Shown here: positions 18,801 through 32,690 of the stretch, in pieces | Layout of the letters: each line of letters begins with the position of its first letter | How positions within the stretch are numbered: position 1 is the first letter of the stretch | From: Cycas panzhihuaensis | Taxonomy: Eukaryota; Plantae; Cycadophyta | Assembly (NCBI GenBank): GCA_023213395.1 | Contig: CM041465.1 | Location: 195,245,741 to 195,309,740, forward strand | Direction: 5' to 3' | Length of the DNA stretch: 64,000 bases | Notes under the pieces: model-generated | What the model was told of the DNA's origin: nothing | What the model saw: only the letters and a program-made list of their open reading frames with translations | Databases searched by the model: none | Translations under genes and position numbers: made by a program

Positions 18801-20122
18801 AATGGTACTCTAATTTTCTAGCAAAAAGCCTATGTGCCATAAGACTTAGACATTTGAAAGTTGATCATCCAAGAATCTTGTAATACTTTGTATATAGGTC
18901 ATCTGGGCTATCATAAAACTTATATGACAATAAAAAATCAATTTTATTAGCATAGAATAAAAAATAACATAATAAGCTATATAAGCAAATGTTTAATATG
19001 CTAAAGGATTAAGGTCAAACATAGGCACCCTATAGGTTTGTTGTAACTTATGGATATTTTTGAATGGAAATGGAAGACCATCACCATGGATTTCATCACA
19101 TGTTTGCCCAAGAGTACTAGGTAGTATGACATTTTTCTGGTGTTAGTAAATAAGCCAAGTTGGCATACTTCATTTTAATCTACTCCATAAACATATCTCT
19201 AGATGTTGCTACTATACTCATGAAGGAAATAGGGAGGCTATATAGTATGCCTAAGATAATTATATCATATAGGAATGCCAAATTTACCTCAAGGTTTTGG
19301 TGAACCATGTTCTAAAAATTAGGAATAAAGATAAACTTTAGTACAACCTATTACCTTGAGAATAAATGGTTAAACAAAGAGGATGAATTAAGTACTCAAA
19401 GTTTTATTTTAAATGTACACCATAGAGTAGACAACCCACCAGGAGGATTATCATAATTTGGTATAATTTACTTATAATAATATAACCCATTCCTAATTAG
19501 TCGTGAGTCCATTCAAGGCACAATATATTAGGAAGTGTAACATGCTACTCAATTAGGGAATTTTAGAAGACATGCATATGTTAGGACCAAAAGTACTACA
19601 AGAGATGGAGAGGTAAGTAGCTAATATAAGACAACAATTGAAGATAGTATAAGATAGGTAGAAAAGTTATGCAAACTTGAGGGAACAACCAAAGAATTAT
19701 AGGTAGGTGACTACATATTCATGTGAGGAAAGCCTATGTGAAATTCTTTATGCTTAAACATGTGTAAGAAGTTGTCACCAAGGTATTGTAGCCCATTTGA
19801 GATTCTTGAAAGGGTTGGTAAATTGTATACAAATTGGCCTTACTACCAAACTTACAAATACATAATATATTTCATGCTTTATAGTTAAAAAGTTATGTGC
19901 TAACTTGAAATATATATTTTAATGGACTAATTTTGTAGTGGGACCGAATATTAATTTTGAAGGAGGACCCTTATGAATATTAGATCAAAGGGAAAAATGC
20001 TACACAATAGGAGCATTAAATAGGTGAAGGTGCAATGGAAGCACCTCACTCTAGAAGAAATAACTTGGGAGCTAGAAAGTAACATAAAGCAATAATACCC
20101 TCAATTGTTTATGGTAGAATAA
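15880..20122 (+). pseudogene. gag-pol: Decayed gag-pol of a Ty3/Gypsy chromovirus (Tekay/Del-like)
   Basis: Zn-knuckle relic ~16660-16705, protease LIDLGS ~16880, RT ([32 protein letters not shown]), RH (VICYESRKLK..YPTHDLEL), INT (WKWKTITMDFI), chromodomain VKVQWKHLTLEEITWE ~20030-20072. Confidence 0.9.
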
Positions 20123-20147
20123 AACCACATTAGGATAATGCCTTTTT

Positions 20148-21711
20148 AAAAGGGAGGAGGATGTGAGGACTTGTAAAGACTTAGATTTATTAATTAACCA
20201 TGGATAGATTAAGACACCCATCATGGATAGACTAAGGCACCAACCATGAATAAAGTACAACTTCATCAAATATATAATGCATAATTTATACCTTTTTAGT
20301 TTATTCATCCCATGTGAGGTGTATACTTATTTATATAACATTAGGTGCAAGGATGCACCATTCTAATTTCTTAGGTTAGTTTTCTCATCCCATATAAGGT
20401 ATATTCTTATTTGTACACCATTAGGTATGGTAATACATTATTTTGATTTCTTAGCTCAACAAGTAGTTTAGTGATTAGGCTTCAACTTATCTGGACTTAA
20501 AACTATCTATCTTACTTAATGTAAAATTAGCTTTTTGTTTGTTACTTACATAATATAAAAGTAACTTGATTACTTTAAACAAGTAGTATGGATGGGGAGC
20601 ACATGATATGAATGAGAGAGGAATATAGGGAAAATATATATGTAAGGGTAGATGATAGGAATTAGAATTTCTAGGATTTTCTTAAGATAGATAATTTAGT
20701 TGATCAACATAACAAGTTTCCTAAGCTAAAAACTTCTTGTAGTTTTGCAACTAAATAAATAAGGCTTAGTGTTTGAGGACTTAACTCCAAATTTATAAAA
20801 TGGAGAACAAAAGAAATTCTTGCAATTTTAGAAATAAATAATTTAGTGGAGAAAATACAAAGGAACACCCCTACATCTTTATAGTTGAGCTATTGAGCTC
20901 AAAACCTAAGTACATAAGGACACAAATATGCAATTACAAGGAATTTAAAGTCTCATTCATTGAGCCTCCAAGGAAAGGGAGCTAAATAATTATTATTCAA
21001 GATATGTTACCTCTTAACATTTTCACTTCATCTTTAGTAGGGGATTCTTGAAAGGGACAAAGAGGGAAAAATAATATCAAGTAGAGTAACACAAAGAAAG
21101 ACTCGTATTTGTTTTAAGGGCATTAATGATGAAGGATCTTCATTGTAAAATGTTTTTAGGAGTAGAGTAGTGGGAAGATAGAAGGTAGGTAAAATATGCA
21201 TAAATACTCTTAAGATTAGAATTACTAGGTAGTTAAGCTTAACATATATAATCTTATATTCAACTACATAAAGCAGTCAAGAATTGTATGATCAAATTTT
21301 AATTAAGGTGAGTAGGATAAAGGAGCTCTACAAGAGTAATTTATTGGCCAAACATGTAGAGCATATAGTTTTTCTACATGAATGTTCTTTAGTTTAACTT
21401 CTTAGAGAAAATAAATCTTGCATAAATATTCTCGCATTTAAATTTGCATTGCCAACAAAAAATCACTCAGAATAATCCTTTAGGATTTTATCTTTAACCC
21501 ATATAAGGGAAGCATTTAGAAGTGGCATAGATAGGAGTAACCATTACTATTTCAATCTCATTAGACTATCTTGAAAGTGTTAAAGTATAAATTTGGTTTA
21601 GAGGGGTTGGGTTAAGGAGTCCCCATGCCTTGATGGTTGAGGAGTGCTTATATCCTATGAGGATTGAGAAGTCCCCTCTTAGATTATTTTGTATGCACGA
21701 GGGTTAAGGAG
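20148..21711 (+). repeat. PPT (20148-20161) and 3' LTR (from 20162) of the Tekay-like element; right end uncertain, apparently interrupted at 21712
   Basis: AAAAGGGAGGAGGA directly followed by TGTGAGGAC just after the pol end; contains an ~80-bp tandem duplication at ~20306-20455. Confidence 0.55.
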
Positions 21712-22027
21712 TGTTAAAAATAACATACATTTCATTATATTACATTATTGCATATTTTATAAAGTACACTTAATAATGTTAATAATGTGCAGTTTATGTT
21801 AGTGAATTAACTAATGAGATGTTAGTTACTCTCATATAACTTCCTTAACTCCTTGATATACTCCTTAAATTAAGAAGCGAATCATTGTCTCATTGATGGT
21901 TTTCAAACAAAGAACTTAAGGGTGATTATATTAGAGCTTTGGAGAGGTACAAGGATGCATTCTTTTCTCTCTTTTTTAAAGTTTTAATTTAGTCCCATCC
22001 TTAGTTTCTCTGACATGGCATCAGAGC
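21712..22027 (+). mobile_element. Short (~300 bp) LTR plus tRNA-iMet PBS, probably Copia 5' end
   Basis: TGTTAAAAA at 21712 ... CTGACA ending 22015, followed at once by TGGCATCAGAGC (22016-22027). Confidence 0.6.
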
Positions 22028-22476
22028 CCATAATTTATTTTGTGGGTTTTTTCATAGTTTTTTGTTATAAACCAAATCTTTGGGGCATCATTGCTAATGT
22101 ACAATGGTTTATTATAAGTTTTTATAGATCTTATAGAAACCTGTGAGGGTTCAGATGGAAAAATGACATAAATATGAGATGTTTTTGATGGTTGAGTGAC
22201 TTTGAGATAAGTAGGCACTTACAACTCAGATTTTTTATAGTTTTTAACATTGTAGGTTTGTTATAGTATTATCTAAGTATATCTTGCAATAAACTCAACT
22301 TCAAAAATCAGATTTTTTACCCTCATTTAACCTCAAAATGCATAGGAAGTTGGAGGGCTTATAAACTATATTTCAGCTTAATTTTCCCCATCTATGATTA
22401 TTTTTTCTCATGTTTAAGTTTATTGATGTGTAGATTATGGTAAAGAACACCAAAATTGACTATTCATTTGTTAAGT

Positions 22477-22999
22477 TACTAGAATATGTGATTTAATCAC
22501 ATATATAATGTTTAATAATAAGTGATACGACACATATACAATCCCATCATATTCACACACATTGAGATATATATAATGCATACGTATCCATGAAAATATG
22601 TTATTGGATGACATAAAGGCTTAAGAGATATGATAGGCTACTGATAATATGAATATTAATATAACTATATACACATACTACTTGAGAACTTGAGAAAAGG
22701 CTTAGACTTAGAGATGTATTCATTTTTATCATAAAGAGGAGCTCATAATTCTACCTTCTCCTTTGGTTCTTCTCACACTAGGTTTTCCACATATAATTCT
22801 TGGTGTCTCTTTTATAGTGATGATTATTACATGCTTTATGATATTATTTACTTTATATTTATATTTATTTCATTATGTGTACATAAATCATGAGATATTT
22901 TAGTCATTACATATGCATCTATAATTTTAATATGTAATACTCTACATTTCTAATATGGTATTAGAGTTATAATTATAAATTCTAACATGGTATTTGAGT
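22477..22999 (+). mobile_element. Decayed Copia-type LTR with a tandemly duplicated LTR-end/PBS junction
   Basis: TTCTAATA-TGGTATTAGAGT (PBS 22956-22967) and TTCTAACA-TGGTATTTGAGT (PBS 22988-22999); left boundary approximate. Confidence 0.5.
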
Positions 23000-23219
23000 C
23001 ATAGTTAGCTAAATGATTTTATGAAAAAAAAAAAACCTCTATAAACCTTTGGATGAGCCAGTATGAGCTAGAGACAGAGCTAATACATGCGCCAGATATG
23101 AGGTGAATATGATTAGTCAAAAATCTAAATATGCTAGAGTTTTACCTGTCATATATAACTAAGACCCAAGGGCTAGATGAATATGAGTATAATAAATGGG
23201 AGCTGCATACGAGAGATGA

Positions 23220-23222
<3 letters not shown>

Positions 23223-23289
<67 letters not shown>
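23223..23289. repeat. (AT)n microsatellite
   Basis: Directly visible perfect run of ~33 units. Confidence 0.98.
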
Positions 23290-23295
<6 letters not shown>

Positions 23296-25499
23296 GTATG
23301 CTTATTTAATTTATTATGAACAATTTATTTACGCACATTGGAACCAATATTCTAGAATATATAGGTGTTAAATGAGTCCACCAAAGATGATGAAGATGAG
23401 AGAAATTATTGTAGTTAAGTTCATTAATACAAGCTATCCACTTATAGAAGTGATCGAGATTTTGTGAGACTAGACACCTCACCAAATCTCATAATTAATA
23501 GTATCTCAAATATATTAAGGTATGATAACATACATTATTTTATCATTTCATAGTAAATGCATTTTCGAGTATCATGTTGAGGATTCATTATCACTAATGA
23601 ACCATTTTGGAGGCTTTTATGAGCATTTCATAATGGAGAATTACTGCCAGAATGAAGTTAGTATTCCATCAGTATATTGATTTAAGTATCAAGGTAATGT
23701 GATGAAACTTACATGAATATTAAGGGCGTCATATTTGAATTGATTATTATGGTATTATTAAGATATGGTGGTATGATGAGATTATGATGGCAAACTTATA
23801 CAATTGGTTCGACAATAAGAATATGTGAAGTCAAATATAATGATATTAATGATAAGGGGGTTATTATTTTAAAGGGCACATATAGTGGCAGGTTTGTTAA
23901 TAAGAATTTGCAATGGCCTAAACAAGGGTTTATAGCCTACTTTATTAATAAAATTTTATAATGGTGTCTTTTTGGCATAATAAAAAAAAACTAAGAAACA
24001 ATATAGAAATAACTACTCGCTACATAGTCATCATATGGAATATAAAAGACTACAATGGGGTAAATGAATCATGAAGGGCCGCTCATAAAGGGGTTGTAGA
24101 TATAGTCACCCACATAGAAGAAATTACCCTACATCCTATAGATAACCGTTAATTCAGAAACACCTAGATGAAGGAGAAATGCATAAAGTTAGCTACCCCT
24201 ACTCTCCAAACCATGGAGGAAACTATTGAAGAAGCCATAGAGAAACAGTGAAGAGTAGCTGACCAAACACAAAAGAACCTACCATCAAAGTCATGCCAAC
24301 CATCAAGATTGATTGAGAAAACACTACAATATGAAGGAGAATTATGAAATACAAATCATGAAGAATATAAATATGTAGATTTCAATGAGTTTCATAAATT
24401 CCCTATGGATGATTATATGACCGAACCATACCTACAAATCTCATGACATATAGTTTTTTTTGGGGTATATCTTCTCTATACAAATGCATATTTTACTACC
24501 ATTAGATTTGTTGGAAATAAGATTCAGAAACATATGAAATGACTAGTCATAAGGCATGCTTTAATGATTTCTTAATGGGGTTTTGAATTGATGAAATTAG
24601 TGAAGTGAATTTTAGCAAGCTTATAGGGTCATTTTTTAGAAAATTTGAAGTATTTTTTTTACATTTTCATAACAATTTGGTAGGTTCATAGGTGCTTAGT
24701 GATGATTATTGATATTAATTTGATGTGAAAACACAAAAGTAGAGTTCTATTATTTATTTATGACCCATTTTATTTAAAAATTAGTCAAAAAAAGAAAAGG
24801 GAATTTATTATTTGCTCCTTTATATTAAGAACCTATGTTTTATGAAGAGAAAGAGAGTTTTTTTCTTTAAAAAAGTCACAGTTAAAAGAAAATGGTAATT
24901 TTATTATTGCAATTAATATATTGAGTTATGTCATTAGTAATATAAATGTTATTGAGAGGCAAAGAGGTCCTTATTGTTTTTATCCAAGAGTGTCAAAGAT
25001 TGATTATTTCTAGCCTAGGTTGCCAAAGAAGCTATTATCTTTGTATCTATATATAAAGGGTAGGATGTTGCTACTTTTGCATTCTCAAGTCATTCATCTA
25101 ATAATGTAGTGCAACCTATTCCTAGAATATATTGATAAGTATTGATTGAACTAGTATGCAAAGAATCTTTTGGTGAACTAGTAGCTAGATTAGTTGGTTA
25201 CTGATGTAGTCCAATAAATTGTGAAGTTTTTATATAGACGTTAACACATTTATTTTTGTGAATAGACTCATCATGCTTTTTTTCTTTTTTGATGTGGTTT
25301 AAATAAATGAGAGGATTAAAAGGGGACCCCAACCCCTATATAAAATCTTCTAGATCAGCCTCAAAGATTAGCCATGATAAGCCCATGGCCTAACTATCCA
25401 AAAAGAGCTATCATAAGCTATCTCACTAGAGCCCCATGTCCTTTCTAACTAGACCCACTATTTCTTTAGGTAAATCATCCTCTAGACCTTGTTCCTTCT

Positions 25500-28400
25500 A
25501 AGCTGGACCCCTTAGTTTATGAGTTGATCAATAACCCCATTACCTTCTCTATAAATGTGGTTCACTTGGAATATTTCTCTCCTTCAAAGTAGTATTTTCA
25601 TATCATTCATCATAGCTTAATGGCTCCTCTTCCTCTCTGATCAGTTTTATCACATTCAAAGAGTCCCCTTCCACTATGACTCTTAGGCTACCCTCTCTAG
25701 AGAGCAGATCCATAACTCTGCACATTACTTCAAGCTCTGCCACATGATTAGACTAGATGCCATAGTATTTAGCAAAAGCCTAGATAACCTTACCTTCTCC
25801 ATATCTATATATCCCTCTGCCCCTCACCTCACCAGGGTTACCTTTTGAGGCTCCATCAAAGTTTACTTTGACCTAATCATACAGAGGAAGGCTCCATATT
25901 CCCTACCTTTAATCCTTTAGTTTAAGCATGATATTCTCAATGCCCCAATTTATAAGGATCTTCCTATCCTTAGTGGAAATAAAGTAATCTTCCTTCTACT
26001 TTAGGGTCTCTTTCAAGGCCACCATGATAATTCCAAAAAGCTTTGAATCACTCATTCTTTTATCTTGAAAGATACACCTATTCCTTTCTTTCCATATGTT
26101 CCATAACATCATGGGTAAGGATGTCTTCCATAAGGATCTTAGGGTCCTACATCTAAAGAGGCTAACTCAAGCCTTAGCTAGGTCTTTAACATTTACTGGA
26201 AGAACCTAGGAGACCCCAAAGGAGCTCCACATCCTCGACCACACCACCCTGGAATAGGTACAATGCAAGAGAATGTAATCTAGGGACTCCTCATCCTGAA
26301 AGCAAAGGGTACACCTATTCACCATCGAGAAGCTTCTCTTCCTTAGATTGTCTAAGGTAAGAATCTTATTCTTGAGACATAGCCACCAAAAGATGGCAAT
26401 CTTGGGAAGAAACCCCATTTTCCACACTCCTCCTAGGAGCTTATTTTCAAATATACCTTTCTTAGAGATCAGAAACAAATATCTGGACTTAACCATATAG
26501 GTCCCAGAAGGGGACCTAGGCCACACTAAGGCATCTTCTTTCAAGAATATAGGAATGTACACTCTATTTATCTCATTCCTAAGCACTATAATTTGTTGCT
26601 CACCATCCTAACAATGGGGAATTTCTTCAAAATATTTCCATTTCTTCACATCCCCCTCGAACCTCCTAATAATCTTTTACTTTTTTTCCATAAAGGCTTT
26701 CATACTTTGCCTGCAAGGGAATGGGGATAAGTCTCTTACACACCAATTATCTTCCCAAAAGTCAATAGTATTTCCATCCCCTAAGCACCACTAGGCCCCC
26801 ATGGCTAACATCTTTCTCGTATACATTATACTCCTCCATATGGCTAATCCTTGTCTACTGAGGGTGATATACTTTAGATAATAATTATCCCTAAGGTATT
26901 TTTAAGCAATAATATTGCACTAGGGCCTCTCCTCCTTCATAATAAGGCTCCATCCTAGCTTGGTTATCAGGTCTCTATTGAAGTAGGCTATATCCTTAAC
27001 ATTTAAGCCTCCTGCCTATTTAGGAAGGTACAGTTTCTCCCAGGACACTAAATAGATTCCCTCCTTGTCCTCAACCCTAGACCATAAGAATCTTTTTTGG
27101 ATAGACTCAAGGGTATTAATAGCCTTCACATTGCACCTAAATAGAGACATCATATAAGTAGGGATACTCTAAAGAGAGGACACCAATAATTATAGTTTCT
27201 TAGCCTGGCTTAATAAGGCCCCTTTCCATCATGCTAGCTTCCTTTGGACCCTACTTATGATCAGATTCCAAAGGTCCTTCTCCACTCTACCTACAAATAG
27301 GGGCATTCGAGATACATTGTAGGCAGTGTCCTTGTAGATATCTCCACTATCCTATTGATAGCTCTTTGAGTCCTCTCCATATTGTTCAGAAAAAGGATGT
27401 TATTCTTTTCTAAATTTACCTTCTGGTTTGTAATTGTCTCATACCTTTCGAGCTGCATCTTTATGGCTCTAACCTCCTTTATAGAAGCCTTATTTAGTAG
27501 AATATTATCATCCATAAAATGTCAATGAACAACATTATTAACTCTTGATGTGGGCCTTAGGCCCACAATCTTACTGGAGATCTTGGCTTCCTCCATGGAC
27601 CTACTAATTAATTCTGCCATGATAATAAACAAGTAAGGGGCCAGAGGGTCCCCTTGTCTAAGGTCTTTGTAACTTGGAAAGAAGGCAGATGAAGAGCCAT
27701 TTATGATCACGAAAAAGATAAATTTTGAGATATAACTCTTAATCTGGGTTCTTCAACGATTTCGAAAGCCAAAAGTACTAATGCAGTCTAACAGACACCT
27801 CCATGAAACTCTATCGTAGGCCTTTGAAAGATCATTCTTGAAAATCATCCCAGACTCCTTCCTTTGATAGGTTGAATGGACCATTTCATGGACCACAATG
27901 ATACCATCCAAAATTTGTCTTCCCTTTATAAACCCATCCTGGTTCAGTCCTATAATTGAGGGGAAGAATTCCTTTAACCTATTAGCCAAGATCTTGGCTA
28001 AAATTTTATACTTTACATTGCACAAATTGATAGGCTTGGAATCTTCCATTCTCTTAGCTTTACCTTTCTTTGGAATTAAAACAAAATACGTGGCTTGCCA
28101 TTCTCCATGTATCCTTCCATTCTCAAAGAATTCCTTAACAACTTCAAGGAGCTCATCTTTTATGATATCTCGATATTCCTAATAGAATCTTGCGAGGAAG
28201 CCATTGGGCCCTGAAGATTTCTCCTACTTCATGCCAAATATGGCTTTCCTCATCTCATCCTGTGAGAAAGGAACTTCTAAAACTTTGTTTATGGCCCTTC
28301 CAACCTTCTTAGAGATTAGAGCTAGTGCCTCCCTTCTGGATGCCTCATTAGCATAACCCAGTTCATTGTATAATTCTATAAAATACCCCACTGATGCATC

Positions 28401-29591
28401 CTTAATATTCTTCTAATCTAAAATCTCCTCCCCATTCTTATTCAATAGAGTTTTAATATGATTACAAGCTCTGTCTTTTATAGTTTTCATATTAAAAAAA
28501 TTTGTGTTTTTGTCTCCCTCTGCAAGCCACAAGGCTCTAGACTTTAGTTTCCAAAAAATTTCCTCCTTGGTCAAGATGCCCTCCAATTTAGAGAGAAGTC
28601 TTCTTTCTTCCTAATCTAGGGGAAAGGACCTCACTTACTCCTATATTTTCCCCTCTAGGGCCTTTAACTCCTCTAAAATATAGTCCTTTTTTACAAAGAT
28701 ATCCCCATGAGATGTCTTATTCCATACTTTGATCTATGTTTTCACTTAATTTAGTTTCTTTAAAAATCTCCACATCACACATCTAGGAATGGGGATTTTC
28801 CACCAATCTAACAATAAATTTCAAAGGCTTGGGTCCTTTATCCACATTAGCTCAAAGTAGAATGGGGCATCCATATGACCTTGATTTTCATTAAAACACA
28901 ACACTAGTGGGGAATGTTCTGAGACTATCTTTGGCAGAGCTTCTAAAGTGATGTTGCTATGTTGATTAGCCCAAACATAGTTATCAACAAGTCTATCTAA
29001 TCTAACATGGATATGGATAGATCCCAGTCTCCTATTAGACTAGGTAAACATGGGCCCTCTCAGGGGGACATCCATCAAGCCTCCCTTCTGCGTAAAATCC
29101 CCTAGATCATCCATGTTTTTTGTCCACTCGATCTGGCCTCCTTTCTTTTCATCAAGGGAGAGGGCCATATTAAAATCCCCTATAATCAACTAGGGGCCTT
29201 GCCACTCCTTGTGGACTTCTAATAGCCTAATCCATAAGTGCCTCCTCCCTTCTTACTTTAAAGGGGCATAAACATTAGTGACCAACAATGTTTGGCTAGA
29301 ATTTTTGCTAGTCGGCTAGCTAGATATGAAATGGTCCTCAATGAATAGGCCTCACCCTCCCAAGCTCTTGGGTTCCATAGGGTATCTAACTTACCAGAGT
29401 CCCTAATCCTATCTATGATGATCCACTCTATTCCCTTCCATATTTTGTTCTTGATATTTGTTATATTCTTGGCTAACAATTTAGTCTCCTAATTAGGGGA
29501 TATCCAGCTTCATTTGACTCCATAGATCCTTAATCATTCTAAATTTAGATAGGGTATTTATACCCCATATATTCTAGGAGGTAATTTTTAT
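25500..29591 (-). pseudogene. LINE ORF2 pseudogene: APE endonuclease - RT - zf-RVT - RNase H
   Basis: Starts (M)KITS(W)N with ATG decayed to ATA; GDFN, RLDRL, SEHSPL endonuclease motifs; KPINLCNVKYKI, DLSKAYDRV, LRQGDPLAPYLF, FMDD; RCTLCFQDEESLDYILLHC; NFDGASKGNPG ... VEGDS ... HIYREGN. Confidence 0.92.
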
Positions 29592-29607
29592 GAAAGCTTC
29601 CCCTCCT

Positions 29608-30830
29608 TTAGGCCCTTAAGCCACCTCCTCTCTTACTTATGGTTTTAGGCCCTTGGGATGGTCCTCCATCCTTAAGGGTGAATTGAGTCCCTTGATTTAT
29701 CTGAAGCACTGCCTCTCTTTCTTGTAACACCTTTGATGATGGCCTCCCAAGCCTCTTTTCATTACTGAAGTCAAGACCTTTGGTAAGGTCTAGCTCCTTG
29801 ACAGATTCCTGGTTCCCTGTGTCTCTGACCTTCCATACCTTCTCTAATTTCCTTTGCTCCTCCATTTATCTGGGATAAGACCTTGTTCCTTTTGAATAGA
29901 GTCCTTATTATATCCATACTAAAGTTCTATACATTGAGATTGTGAAGGGTCTAGAGGGGCTCTTAGTTCGACCTCCCCCTCTTCAAAAAGGGTATCCTCT
30001 TCACCCATGTTTAGCCCAGGCTCCATCTCCTTTAAATTAGGTTCGTATCCTACCTTTGGCCTATGTCTAACATCAGTTTGAGTTCCTTAATCCCTTTTGC
30101 CTCTTTAGGGCCTACTATGGAGCCATACTATTCCTCTTTTTCCTTTGACATTTCCTCCTCATTAATGGGTTCTGTAAGGTTTGCCTTTGGTTCACTTAGG
30201 CATCCATGAGGCAGATGCCCCAAGCATTTATATTTTAGGCATCTCATATTTTCAAGCTCATACACTAGTTTTTGTTCTCTATTCCACCTGAAACCATCAA
30301 TTATCATCTACTTAGGGAGGGCCCTATTACCTTTGCTACTCCTTTAATAACATCTAGATCCCAGGCATGAAGTGGAAAGCCTGATAGTTAAACCCCTAAA
30401 GGAATTTGCTTAATGGACCCTTTAGCTAGGTCAACATTTGGATGCCATTTCTCCATAAGGACTGCCTTCCTCCCCATCATCCATAGTGATTTTAAAAGAA
30501 TATTTACCATATACTCTTGACTAGAGAACTTAAAGAGGACACACCCCTTAGGGAGATCTATGGCCTCTACCAAGCCCTTCAACTTCTAGCATTGGTAAAC
30601 CCACTTCCTTATGGGATCTACACCTAGCCTGGGACCCAAGAACTGCCCCAGAAGGCTATTTCCTAGTATTTTTCTAGCATGTCTGATAGCCTCTTGGGAA
30701 TAGGGATTTTGATATAGTCATTATGTATAATGGCCAAGTCACCATTGCTTAAGGCATCCAAGTACAATTTTCTATTTAAAGGATAATGTATTTGGTTAGT
30801 ATTAAGGATAATTTAAGATGGGATCCTTAA
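29608..30830 (-). pseudogene. LINE ORF1 pseudogene (DUF4283-like RRM region plus CCHC knuckle)
   Basis: LLGQFLGPRL...KGCVLFKFSSQE...LMEKWHP typical of plant L1 ORF1; RCLKYKCLGHLPHGC at ~30200-30245. Start position uncertain. Confidence 0.8.
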
Positions 30831-31619
30831 TATTTTGCTCCATGATAAAATCAATCATACAAAGTACTTATCTAAACAAGTTATCCTCACCATTTTTAAG
30901 CATAAGTCTAGTCATTACCTTTGCAGGTCCAAGTCTTGCTTCTCGGTGAAGTCTACTCTCTTTCCCCCTTCTGCACCTTCTCTGCCTCTAGATCTGCAGA
31001 GTCTGGCCTCAACCTACCTTTTCTTTATATGAATAAACTCATCATGTAACTTATGAAGAAGAAGGTAAAAAATGATGGTGTTCTTCTTAGTGATTTAGCA
31101 AATTTGAAGATGAAGATTGACATTTATTTTTTATATTTTATATAATTAAACATTATGGAGAAGAATATTAGATTTAATATTTAATTACTTCTTATAAAGT
31201 TATGTCAAGTGGTGGTAGGTCCTCCCACTCTCTCATTATTGAGTTATGAGTATCTTGAAGATAGGTGTATGTGCTTAATTGCTTATTTAATATTTTATTA
31301 TTAGTCTTAGAGGTTCTCTTATTCTATTAGTCTTTTTTGAAGTTGATGTGCTTATGAATACACATTCATTTATAATGCAATATTTAGAGATAATCATTTC
31401 CTACTAGTTTATCGTCTTATTTATTGATACCTATTTTATTTTACTTATTTTATCATGTTATATTTTCATGTCACTTCATAGTTATAAGAATTTATCAATG
31501 TCTTATTGATTTGTTTCTTTAAAATATTTCTTCTTAGTTGCTTATATTATTAGAGCACTTAAATATTTTCTAATAGAAAAACATTACATTCAACATTTAG
31601 TTTCCCATTATATTACACT

Positions 31620-32690
31620 AAGTGATGAATTATATCATCATATGCATGATGCAATTCTTCCTAGATGTGCTTTAAAATTTGAATTTGAGAAGATATTAAC
31701 ATAATGCCATTATGGTATCTATGATGGTCAATTTTTGGGTTGTTCAACCCTAAAAATGATCATGCAAATTGGTTATTCTTAGATGACTCTATTTTTTGGT
31801 GCACTCAAATTTCCTTCGTAAGATTCCAACAGTTAGTTTTTTAGAAACCAAATTATGAAGCCATAATAGAGACTTTATCCCATCACTATCATAAGCCCAT
31901 TCTCAAAATAAGGCTTCAAATTCATTAGACCAATTAATCTAGCTTCATCTATTGGTCACTAATTTATCTTAACCACCATTATTTATTTTACAAAATGGGT
32001 TGATGCCATGTTAGTACCTAAAGTAGATAAATATAAAACCATATTATTCTTATTTAACTGGAACATTTATTGATTTGGAATACTAAATATGTTTGTTTTT
32101 AATTGAGGTACTTCGTTAACAAAGTGATTTAAAAAGTATGCTAAAACTCTTGGTATTAGACATGCAAAATTATCACCTTATTACCCAAAAGTCAAAAAGC
32201 AAGTTGAGGTTTTTAAGAAGATTTTGATTAAAATCTTATAAAAGACTATAAATACATCTAGGAGATATCAACATCTTTAGATTTATCCTAGACCATGATA
32301 AAAATAATGAATAGATATTTACCATTTCATCTTGTTTATGAAGTGTTGTGTAAAATAATTTACAAATTCCCAAACTTTGGAAGCTCCTCTCCTTAATTTT
32401 GAGTAATTTGATGAGTAACATTTATGGACTCATCAAAATATCAAAGCAAAGCAAAAGTAAACTAAAATTTTTTATGATCATTCAATCCAATCTCATATCT
32501 TCCATATACATAAAAGGTTTTAAGGTTTAATTCTACTATAGATCGTATTAGAGGCAAGCTTAGTTCCACTTAAGTTGGCCCATTCATTGTCACTATAATA
32601 TTATAGAAGGGGTGTTATCATTTATTGATACTAATTGATGATGGACTTCCTAATCCCATTAATGCTTTACTTATAAAAGCATACTATTGA
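31620..32690 (+). pseudogene. Decayed integrase fragment of a non-chromovirus (Tat/Athila-like) Gypsy element
   Basis: CHYGIYDGQF, PFSK*G..F, FILTTIIYFTKWVDA, SPYYPK, VGPF motifs, colinear with the integrase at 55850-56900. Confidence 0.8.

Larger units (their letters stand above)
25277..31029 (-). mobile_element. Full-length, decayed L1-clade LINE with C-terminal RNase H (~5.75 kb)
   Basis: Poly(A) tail (T-run 25277-25290), TSD tgaatagactcatcatg (25259-25275) / tgaataaactcatcatg (31030-31046), ORF1 and ORF2 domains in order. Confidence 0.93.

Noticed and set aside
23700-25258. Copia RNase H end, PPT (~23853) and 3' LTR
   Set aside because: Only a weak HI.IDY-like relic and TAAGGGGG; no matching partner LTR or TSD found.
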